Shown here in pieces: positions 26,001-40,167 of a DNA stretch of 50,964 bases (its first letter is position 1; the number at the start of each line of letters is the position of its first letter). Under the pieces are notes generated by a model. It saw only the letters and a program-made list of their open reading frames with translations, was not told the origin of the DNA and did not search any database. The translations under genes and the position numbers were made by a program. Origin of the DNA: Guillardia theta CCMP2712. Lineage: Eukaryota > Protista > Cryptophyta. The stretch spans positions 192,284 through 243,247 of the forward strand of contig NW_005434614.1 in assembly GCF_000315625.1 (NCBI RefSeq). The letters are read 5' to 3'.

Positions 26001-26933
26001 CAAGCTCTCCACCACATAAGCGGTCTGCTGGTCAGGAGGCTGTCCGGGAAGTCGGTCTTGATGGACGTGAAGGTCGGCTCGTATCCCGTCGTAGTAGGCT
26101 GATCGCAGAGACTGCAAGAGCCTGGCGAGCGACTGAGGTCTGTTGCACGTCAACACGATGAGACGAAACCGGTAATCCGCATACGTATTCTTCATCTCCG
26201 GCAAGACAACCAGCGCTTGTCCGCTGCCACCTGAGCTCCCTGCAGTTGAGCCAATGGTATCTTGCGCGACTGGGGGAAAGTTGAGCTGTTGACTCTGAAT
26301 CTCCATGCGCTTCATCAAGATGTCTTGGTGCTCTCGTGCCTTCACAGCTTCTGTCGCTACGCTGACACTGGCTGTCGGAACCTCTTTGACAAATGTCACA
26401 ACATCTTTGACTTGCTCCACGTCTTCCTTGACAGGTCTGGCATCCTGCGTGATGCTCGGGGAGCTCGCACCTCGTCCATCACTGCCACTCAGCCTGACCT
26501 CTCGAGCCACAGGAGGAGAGTTCTTGTCCGTGCTCGTCCGAGAAACAGCGGCAAGCAGCGAAGCTTGAGAGGCAAGCAGCTCGCCCTTCTTGTGGCTCAG
26601 CTCCGCGTTCAACATCTCCCTGCGTAGCTGCTGTAGCAAAGCGTTCCTCTTCGAAGCTGCTCTACAAGCGTACACAGCAAACAGCGAGAAAGTGACGGTC
26701 TGAAGCGTGAGGAAAACAAAGAAAGTTTTCTTGAGCGTCCATTCGTCTCTTTTCGTCTTGGAAGAGCATGGGAGGAGAGAAGTCCAAGCTCGACCTCTGC
26801 TGACACATGCAGATGGAATCGCCTCTTTGATGATCGCCAGCACTCCCTCCGCTATCTCCTTCGCCGCCATGATCGTGCTTGAGTCGCCATCTTGCTGCTC
26901 CTCTCTCTCCTTTAGTCCTCTCTGCTCGGACAT
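23031..26933 (-). CDS. Type II membrane glycosyltransferase: GT-A domain + GT77-like domain + 13-aa Gln/Pro repeats + C-terminal PAN/Apple domain
   Basis: TM segment FFVFLTLQTVTFSLFAVYAC. First GT: FRLIVLTCNRPQSLARLLQSL...WPWG...IESW...IFLEDDLEVSP. Second GT-like region: SWVCNT...FRIKLL...LLTSPDMGWL. Two short 3' exons give SNWFCSGAFFKVKHNTDLKGRDIG...SCCHECSIDSACVGFTWVSSSFECWKK...GLISG...RL* (stop 23031-23033). Confidence 0.8.
23658..24066 (-). repeat. 39-bp coding minisatellite, ~10.5 copies (QQPSAQAQQPVMP / QQPSAQAQQLAMP)
   Basis: Near-perfect tandem units of gggctgctgggcctgagctgaaggctgctggggcatgac. Confidence 0.95.
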
Positions 26934-27078
26934 GCTTTGTTGAGGTACTGAAGACTAAGTCCCGAAGAATATCAAGCACATCGCTACCATGACCAAAACT
27001 GCTGAGGTTTACTAGATCGTGAAAATTGTGACCTGCAAGACATTGTTGTCCTGTATTGTCCTGCCCATACTTGATTCC

Positions 27079-27318
<240 letters not shown>

Positions 27319-27806
27319 CTCTTCCCTGCCTTCTATTTCCTCCCTTGTCCTTTACGCGCTCATGGTCAACAGTTGCTATTTTACTTAATTAATTGTCCTA
27401 TTATTCTTGGTACTACATTCTTAGTACAGCACTATAGGAAATGTAATCGGGAGGCCGAAAATGCAGGCTCAGGACGAGTAGCAGGAGAAGGCGGGAAGGA
27501 GGAGGAGGAGGAGGGAGGAAGAGATAAGGAGTAGAGGAGGAGGGGGGAGGAGAAGGAGGGAGGAGAAGGAGGGAGGAAGAGAAAAGGAGTACAGGAGGAG
27601 GGGAGGGGGAAATGAAGGAGAAGGAGGGGAGCAGAGGCAAAAAGTGAAGAACTCAAGACAGAAGAGAAGAGGAGCAACACCTGAAATGGCTGGGGAGCGA
27701 TCAGGGGACATGGAAGGAGAGGGCGAGAAGGACGTAAAGATGCGATCAGAATACTTTCATCACTCTTGCGTATCTTTCCTCATCCATATGTGGCAGAAGA
27801 CCAGTC

Positions 27807-28628
27807 ATGATTCGACTCGGAGCTCTCACTGCCCTGCTCTTAACCCTCCTCCCTTACTCTCTCGCCTTCTCCCATGCCGGAGGTTGGAGCTCATTGCGGT
27901 CACCATTCAGCAGGAGCGCGAGAGGAGGAGCGAGCAAGCATGAGGTGCTTGTTCCGCGTCTTCGATCGCCTCCTCGAGCAGCCTCCTCACTCACCTCTCC
28001 CTCCATGTCTGCCGTAGACGCGTCAGCAGCCAACCTGCTTGCCGAACAGATCTTTGGACAGGTAGGAGGTATCGGAAGTAGAGGGGAGCAGGGTTGAGGA
28101 ACGGAGTTGGGGTGGCGATGGAAGGGAAGGACGGAGGGACGGAGGAGGAGGGAGGAGGAGGAGGGAGGAGGAGGAGGGAGGAGGAGGAGGGAGGAGGAGG
28201 AGGGAGGAGGAGGAGGTAACGGAGTCATTGCGCAGGTGGCGCTGGGAGGGGTTGGTATCATTCTCTCCGGCCTGGTTGGAGTTTTTGTTGTCGCTAGCCT
28301 CGTGAACCTGGAGGATGTGGAGGAAGACTTCCAGACTGCTATGAACAAGTGATACCTTCTACTGCTCCTGCTCCCCGTTGACGCGTCTTGCCGCAGAAAA
28401 AGTGTAGAATCCGAGAAGAAGGATCTTCCTGTTCCTGACATTGTCGACCTCGATATCTCATACGACTCCGAGGTAAGCAGCATTAGGAAGAGATGACGAA
28501 GGAGGGAGAGATGGGAGGGCACAGAGCGAAAGAGAGGGAGGCAACATGTGAGGAATGGAACGAGGGAGGAGGATTCGTCTGTTCATGTGATCTGCTGTCA
28601 GGTGAATTCCAGCAAGGACGAGAAGTGA
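27807..28628 (+). CDS. Small plastid-targeted single-pass membrane protein, 4 exons
   Basis: Signal peptide MIRLGALTALLLTLLPYSLA-F followed by an S/R-rich transit peptide. Mature part: LLAEQIFGQ|VALGGVGIILSGLVGVFVVASLV...|...|VNSSKDEK* (stop 28626-28628). Confidence 0.7.
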
Positions 28629-28705
28629 AGACAATGAAATTGGCTAGTGCATGCAAAGATCGAAGAGGTTGAGCGTTGAAGTATTTACAAACAAGTGCCT
28701 CCCCC

Positions 28706-32313
<3,608 letters not shown>

Positions 32314-33002
32314 GAAGAAGCTGTCGTTGTGTCTGGTTTGTCTTTCCTTGTCTCTTCCACCCATCCACCTCCGCTTCTCCTCTCCTCCTCGTTCTCCCTT
32401 CTCCTCCTCCTCCTCCCGTCGAGGCGCCAGGCCAGGTACCATGGCGCCTCTTCGCTCACCAACCAAGATCAGTCAACAGATATTTTAATGGTAAAACTTT
32501 GTTTAATTTAACACTAATATAACTATTAACGTTGAATTGAAACTTTTCAATTTCGATCTTTGTTTTGAAATTTTTAAGCAAATGTTCGATCATTTGAAAA
32601 CTTTCTGAGGAGCCTAGGGGGTGGGGTGTGAATAGGGGGTGGGGTCCGATTGATAGTGGAAGATGAGGGGTGGTAGGTAGGAGGAACTGTGGGGAACTCA
32701 CGTGGAGGTATGTCGGGACATCACTGCGAAAAAGGGTAGGGGTGATGCTAGGAATGAAGCAGGGTAGGTGGGGGTGATTGTGGTAGGCTTCAGCGGGAAA
32801 TGGCGGGAGTGTTCAGTGCAGTGGAGGAGAGGAGAGGAGAGGAGAGGAGAGGAGAGTGGAGGCAAGGAGATAAGGATATAAGTAGAAATGAAAGAGCAGA
32901 CGAGAAAAGTGAGGCGAGGAAGATTAGGAGAGGGGAGAGGAGGATATGGGAGGAAGAAACAAGGATGAACGGATTTTGGTATGGGTAGGGTGATCCTAAG
33001 AC

Positions 33003-33083
33003 GACAGAGGAAGAGCTTGACGAAGGGAGTGAGTATATCACCCAAGATGACAGAGGAAGAGCTTGACGAAGGGAGTGAGTATA
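33003..33083. repeat. Direct duplication, 46-bp period, intergenic
   Basis: gacagaggaagagcttgacgaagggagtgagtata occurs at 33003 and 33049. Confidence 0.85.
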
Positions 33084-33938
33084 ACCAAGAAGGTAGATGG
33101 TGAAGCCTAGAATTCAAGACAAGGGATGAGATCCAAATATCGAGAGAGCCATGAGATGAAATCCAGGGGAGATGAAGGATCTTGAGGATTTTGACTCAGG
33201 ACGACGAAAAGAGAAAAAGAGGACAGATAGAGTGCACGAGGACAACGAGAAGTGAAGAGGAGTAATTAAAGCCTGGATACGGAAGGAAGTGAAGAAATGA
33301 CACAAAAAGGAAGCAGAGGAGGGGAGCAATAAGAGCTTAGGATAAAAGAAGAAACTGAAAGCTGAGGTACGCACACACATAAAATTCCGATTGAACAGAA
33401 GAAAATTGCAATGAACCTTGAGGAAGTTGAAAATTTCACGAGAGACTCAGTTTTGTCACGTGTTAAAAAGGGATAGGATCCTTTTCTTTGAGGCAACAGA
33501 GGCAGAGTTATCAAGTGTGCTGACAAGCAAACGAGCATAAGCGCGCAGATAGCCAAAAAACGAATGGTGGTTGACAGTCAAATTCATGAAAGACCTTGTT
33601 TCGACAAATAAGGATGCGAGGCATTAGTGGAATGTAAGCATATGACAGAAGATGCAAGTCAAGCCTGGTGGATCAACTGATTGACTTGGCTGACGCGTTC
33701 TGTTTTCAGAACTACATCAGCGTACAAATAAGTTTGCTTGCAACAGATTGCACTTTGGGCAATCGTTAGTCCACGACGCTCAGTCGGTGCTCCACATGGA
33801 ATAGTGTAGATCTGATTCCAGAGATCTGTTGGTGCTGCACAGCTGTTGTGCATTACTGCTCGAGTTGGTTTGACGACCCGACTGCATCATAGGACCAAGT
33901 AGTACAGGGGAGGTAGGCAAAGGTCGAACTAAAGCACA

Positions 33939-34887
33939 ATGGAATGGACGTATGAAATGCGAAGGGAAATGTAAGATTTTTGATTTTTTGTGCCTTCATT
34001 CGCTGACATTCTTTGTAGGCAAGAGGTAATTGACTTGACGTGTAGAACCTTGTACTTATCAGAATCATAAGATTGTTCCGAGTCTCTTCTTGGGTCCATA
34101 CGGAGCAGCAAAAGACATCGACGAGTAAGTTCCAACCCGACACAACCGGTCAGCATGATGACCCATGATATTCAGGCTGAAGAAGAGAGGGATAACTCAC
34201 ATCCTGATAGTGCGATCAACCCTCGAAAGGCGATTGGATCCGAAATTTCCGACTCTGATTCATTATCACATAGTAGAGGTTCGAGGTGTTACCGTCACAA
34301 CAGCAGAAGCTGATATCATGCAGGTTCCTGAAGGACCAACAGAGAATTTGATTTTGTATTTCACTGAGTGCAATGCATGCATCAAGAATGCGATTGAAAG
34401 TGGCGGGAAGATCTTAGTGCATTGTAATGCAGGTTTCATCGACATGTCGGGTGGAGTAATGTCTGATGACTGGCTGTTGTTTTTAGGGTTGTCACGATCA
34501 GCTGCCGTTGTTGTTGCATATGTAAGGCTTAATGTATGCACACTGATGACGCTGACATTTGCTTTTGCAGGTCATGGAGAGTTTAAAGATGTGAGCTCGC
34601 ATGGATATGATGCCACGACGACTGGATGGTTTGACTGGTTGACAGGCCATTCGCTGATGCCATTCAGCTTGTACAGAGCAGGAGGTGCTGTATTCACATA
34701 AGTGAAGCCCTTCATAACCAGGTTGGTCAAGTTGCCAATCTTGCTAGCCTATGCTTATTTGAGGCAGTTAAGAGAGTTCGAAACCATTTATCAAAACAGG
34801 CAAGCGGCGCCGGAGCGAATAGGATGGGAGGCGAAGAAGAGACATCTGGAAGCGGGAGCGGAGGATTCGAACATGCACATGGAGTAA
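33939..34887 (+). CDS. STYX: Dual-specificity phosphatase, STYX family, multi-exon
   Basis: Spliced product MEWTYEMRREMQEIVPSLFLGPYGAAK..LKKRGITHILIVR...ENLILYF...GGKILVHCNAG|LSRSAAVVVAY|VMES...VQSRRCCI...QLREFETIY follows human STYX (WTYPMRREMQEILPGLFLGPY...VHGNAGISRSAA). Confidence 0.85.
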
Positions 34888-34953
34888 CGAGGACCAATTT
34901 CTTTCTTCCTTCTTTGTGTTTCTTCTGAGGTAAAGTCAAACTCTGTGACTGCA

Positions 34954-36575
34954 TTACATCTGCGCAAGAGGCATGCCAGGGAACTCAACAGAGGAGTCGA
35001 CGAAACTCTTTGAAACTTGGTCGAGCTCTTCCATATCCTCAACGCTCAGCCGCCATCCGAGAGCTCCACAATTTTCCTCTGCCTGCCTCTCGTTCCTCGC
35101 GCCAGGGATTGGGATCACGTCTTTGCAGATCAACCAGTTGAGCGCTACTTGGCTGCACGTCTTCCCCTCCTTCTCTCCGATTCTCTTCAAGGCTGAAAGG
35201 AGCGGATCAACTTTGTCCATTCTCTGCTCGAAGATTCTCCCTCGAGGTCCGCTGGGTAAATTCGTGCTCGAGTATCGCCCTGTCAGGCATCCCTGAGCCA
35301 GCGGCGAGTAGGCTAGGATCTTCACCCCGAGCTCATCGCATGCTTCCTTGACTCCATTCATCTCTGGCGTGCGATGCAGCAGGCTGTACTGGATCTGGTT
35401 GGTTGCGAGTGGTATGTCTCGCTCCTTCAGGAGCTTGTGAACAGCTCGCAGGCGCTTGGCGGAGTAGTTACTCACTCCGACACTCCTCACCAGTCCAGCA
35501 TCGTAGGCGTCCGCCAAACCGTCCCAGAACTGACGGTCCGAGAAGAAACCAGGCCAGTGCAGCTGGTACAGGTCACATCGGTCGGTTCCTAGACGCTCCA
35601 AGGAAGCACGGAGAGCCCTGGCCACTGCCTTCCTGCCATCCAAGAATCTGTTGGGCAGAGGAGCAAACTTGGTCGCCACAATGAGCTCCTGCGCCGTCTC
35701 AGTCAGGATCACCACCGCTTCTCCCGCGTGCGCACCATATCAGTCTTGTCCGCACACTCCCGCGCAAATTTCCCGCAGAGCGTCTGAGCTGCTGGTCACT
35801 GAACTACTCGACCTTCAAGAACAGATCAAATAAACCTCGCTGTGTCCCCAACCAGTTCCGATCCCATAGACTTCCGCCGTCTGCAGCATTTGTTGAAGTC
35901 AACAGGAGTAAGGAGAGCGAGCAGCATCACATCGAAGAGGTTCACTCCGCAAGCCACAGCTTTGTCGAAGCCTTTCTGAGCTTCCTGCTCTTGTGAGTCG
36001 TCATATCCCCAGAATACTCTGCAGCGAGTGTCATCCTTGGGACTTCTCCTCCCCCCTCTACCTGTCACCCCACGCCCATGCTCCAACGCCCATACGGCTC
36101 ACTTTCAAATCCCCGGGAAGCACAATCTAACACCATAGAGGATCTCGTGAACACCACATATTATAAGCAATGCATGAATGCAAATTATCACAGGAACCAT
36201 GCACGCTTGGCCCTTATGTCTAATTCTACTCACCATCTCCTCCTTCACCCCGGTATCCCCCATCTTCACAGACAAGGGAGTATTGCACAATGTTCTGTTG
36301 ACAAAGACGTCACGAGAAGAAACAATGTGACACTATCCCGACCTTGGCTTCCATCGGGCTTCACTCCTTCCTACAAAAGGATTGGCTGCGAAAAAATGTA
36401 AGGCGGCTGAAGGATTCATGGCTGATCAAGCACCAAGTCTGACAGATGGGACATAGAATGCTTGTGTTGGAGCCAACAATTGCAAGAAAAGGATGCAAGC
36501 ACTGAGACAAGTTTTGAGTCAGAAAGAGTTTGTCATGAGCCCTCGCGATCCTCCTGCTCACATTCGCGTTTGCAT
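34954..36575 (-). CDS. Plastid-targeted aldo/keto reductase (pyridoxal reductase-like)
   Basis: Leader MQTRI|ACILFLQLLAPTQA-F. Motifs LKVSRMGVGAWAWGD, GVNLFD|TAEVYG, IVATKFAP, SLERLGTDRCDLYQLHWP, VGVSNY, NQIQYSLL, AYSPLAQG and IPIPGA. Confidence 0.9.
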
Positions 36576-37356
36576 TGCCTGGCGTACTTTATGTGTCTGT
36601 AAAAGAAACAAAAACAATTAAAAAAACATTAAAAAAGTTGGACACTGGGGTGGGGGTATATAATTCATAAGAAGGGGTTGTTTGTGGTTCTTTCAGAGGT
36701 AGATGGAGGGGGTAGGAGCTTGCATACATGCTAAGTTATTGAGCAGGGGTGGTAGTGAGGGTGGGGTGGTAGCTCGGTTGTTTGTGCGCGATGTGGTGTA
36801 AACAAAGGTCGAGGGTGGGGGTAATTCATGGACTAAATTGGGGTAGGGGTAGTCAACTCAGATGTTGTAAGCAATAGTACCGGTATTTTTCTGTGTTAAA
36901 GTGTGGGTCAGGGTACATGACACGTAGGTCATATGGGGGTAGGGAGGAAGAGGTCGGGTGGGTCTAGGTCTGAGAATGCAGGGGGAGAAAAGCAGAAAGA
37001 TGCGCGGGAGAGGCAGAGGAGGAGGAGAAGCAGACATGGCGATGCGATGATGTCGTAGAGATAATGATTGATAAACCCATGCTCGCAGTTCGAAACTTGG
37101 AGTGAATGCACATTCATGAATTTTCTAGAAAACAGAGTGAAAGAGGTGGAAGAACGAGGTGGGGGAACATGAGTCATGAGAGTCTTGGTATGAGCAGTAG
37201 CAGCTCCAAGTCCGCCATAATGGTGAAAATGCTACAAAGAATGCTTGGACATGCTGTGGGCGAATGAGATTTTCCTAATTCAATGAATGTAGTAGCTGAA
37301 ATGAAATAATTTTTTAACGCAATTGAATTTCCTTGTTCCTCTCAGGTTCAGAGCAA

Positions 37357-39465
37357 ATGTTTCCAAGATCTCTCCGGAATGCAGCAAGCAAGATTATCGG
37401 CACTTGTCGCTCTGTTGAGATCAATGCAGTTTCAAATGAATTCGGAAGGAAACTGAACTCGAGATCCTTTTCTCAAGCCGCCGCACCAGCCAAGACCAAG
37501 CTCGAGAGTCTCCGCGAGACACTGCAAAGTGACAGCAGGTCCCATCTTGTTGTTAGACTCCTGCCCTTGTATGCGCTTTGCCTTTGAGGGCTTGACTGTC
37601 TTCGAAAATTGTTTGTACTCTTGTCTTTGTGTATCCTCTGACGTACAGGGTTTACTGTCTTCGAATTCTGACTGCGTATGTCTAGAGATGTCATGGACTT
37701 TGTGGCTGGCAGCTCGAGCCAGCAGCGTGAGGAAGTGGCAGCCGAGACTGGAGCAGCAGTGAAGAACAGAGAGGAAGAGATGCATCGAAGCGTGTTGGGA
37801 CAGCTGAAGCCGGATTACGTCAAGGTTTGTCCCGACTCGGTTGTCGTCCACCATCGCTCACTCGTCACTTAAGGCCGATGGCTCGTTCCAGCGTCTGCGA
37901 TCCATCGTTCGCGATCCTGAGTTCCGCAAGGTCAAGGAATCTCTCAAGGGTCTCAATCTCACGACGGTGAGATGCTAGCAGCTGAATTCCTCCTTTGCTC
38001 ATTCTTGTCCTCCTCAGGTGTGTGAAGAGGCCAAGTGCCCCAACATCGGTGAGTGTTGGGGGGGACTGGAGGGAACTGCGACGGCAACGATCATGGTTGT
38101 TTGGGATCTCCCGCCAACAGGCTCTTGTGCTCACTTTGGTCTCCTTTCCCACAGCTGATGGGCGATACCTGCACCCGTGGCTGCAAGTTCTGTCACATCA
38201 AGACTTCACGCGCCCCTCCCCCGGTCGACGAGGACGAACCTCGAAAGGTAAGAGATGTCAGACGAGCCTTGACGCGTCTGACCAGCATCTCAACGTGCAG
38301 GTTGCTGAGGCCATCAGCAAGTGGGGGCTTGACTACGTTGTTCTCACGTCAGTGGACAGGTAACATTGGCTGAGCTTCGTTGCCCTGCAGATGAGCCTTC
38401 AACTGACATACCAACTTTCTCTTGTGGTCGGTAGAGATGATATGCCTGATGGAGGTGCTGGCCATTTCGCTCGAACCATTTCCACGTTGAAAGATCTCAA
38501 CTCGAAAGTGAAGGTAACCCTTCACAGCAGCCGGCATTGGCCTCTCGTTAAGAGGTGCGACAGATTGAGGCGCTGGTGAGCGACTTTCAAGGAAACGAGG
38601 CGTGTGTCAAGTATCCTCTTATCTCCTGCGCTTGTGCGCTGTGACTGGTTACAAGGACTGTCGTTGATTCGGGTCTCGATGTGTATGCGCACAACATCGA
38701 GACAGTAGAGAGACTGCAGGGAAGGGTAAGGGAGAAACGCGTCTTGCTCGCTCAACTCAATGCTTCTTCAACCAGGTTCGCGATCATAGAGCGGGCTACA
38801 AGCAGAGCCTCAAGACGCTGGAATACGCGAAGAGGTGAGACTGACATGATGCCTGAAGAAGTTGAAATGAGACCCCCGTTGACCAGCCTCCGGCAAGACC
38901 TGGTCACCAAGAGCAGGTAACGAGGAAGGATGAGAGTGGGGGATGGTGACTTGGTTCACAGCATCATGCTCGGAGTTGGCGAGAAGGATGAAGAAGTCTT
39001 TCAGGCCATGCGTGACCTCAGGTGAGAGCGCTCCACTTGTGCGAGTACTTCAGACGTGCTTTGATGGTGACATGCTGCAATCAGGTCTGTTGGAGTCGAG
39101 ATTCTGACCTTCGGACAATACTTGAGGCCCTCGCGAAGGTTTTCACGGGACGAGCAGGACAAGCTAGAGAGACCAACCTTGATTGCAGGCACATGAGGGT
39201 GTACGAGTATGTTCCCATGGACAAGTACGACTACTGGAAGAGGTGCCAGCATCATGCTCTGTAGGTCTCACACTCAAACGTCTGCCTAACAGGGAGGGGG
39301 AGGCCCTCGGCTTCGCCTTTGTTGCCAGTGGCCCGCTGGTTCGATCCTCCTACAAAGCCGGTGGATGAGGAGACTCGGGAGTCGCGGGGAGCATGACAGT
39401 TTGCTACAGGTGAATTCTTCATCAGTGCGATGCTCAACGAGCGGAGAAAGGCTGCTGCGGCATAA
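37357..39465 (+). CDS. lipA: Lipoyl synthase, mitochondrial (radical SAM), ~16 exons
   Basis: Mitochondrial-type presequence. Motifs [16 protein letters not shown] (CX4CX5C), [11 protein letters not shown] (CX3CX2C), [38 protein letters not shown] and [12 protein letters not shown]; stop at 39463-39465. Confidence 0.97.
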
Positions 39466-40167
39466 TCTAGTCTCCACATTAAACGCTCCAAGTCCTAATC
39501 GGCCCGCACCTTCCCAGCCCGGCCGAGTGAGTGGTGGAGTGGTAACCCGGTGACCCGTGAGTGCCGCCGGGCCACCGGACGGCCGCCGGCGGTGGCCCGA
39601 TGAGTACTCAACTTCTCATCAGTCTTTGGCCGCGATTAAAAAAGCGACTGCTGGCATTTGGCTGCGCTCAGTGGTGAGCTAGGAAGGCTGCTAGGAAGGG
39701 AGCTAGGATCGTAGAGGAGGGAGGGGATGGGAGAGAGGGAGAGACTGGAAACGAAAAACTGAAAGGAGAGAGAGTAGCAGCGACAGGCGATCATAGGGAG
39801 GGAGGAAGAAGACAAGGCAAGAACAGGACTAGAGAGTGTAGATGAACATTCATTTTCACACAAGTTCTCACAAGCTCTTCATCCTTTCAAGCATGAACAG
39901 AAAAGAAACTCATGTCATGAGATAGAGGGCGTCGAGACTTTTACTAGATTTGAAGACCCCCTGCTTGCAACATCCACACGCAGACTTTGTCAGAATGAGA
40001 TATCAATCATACACAAAGTCAAGTTGGGATATCAATCTGTGAGATGAATAGAGCGCAGCGGGTCGATAAAGTTTCGAACGTTGGTAGAGTACAGGCGAGG
40101 CAATTCTATTCCTTGAGGGTGCTTGAGATGAGATTCAGGAGGGACTCACTGACGCGTGCAGGGGGTA

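Noticed and set aside
32698-33853. Short ORFs in the collagen-STYX spacer
   Set aside because: Purine/pyrimidine-biased sequence with no recognisable domain or consistent exon chain.
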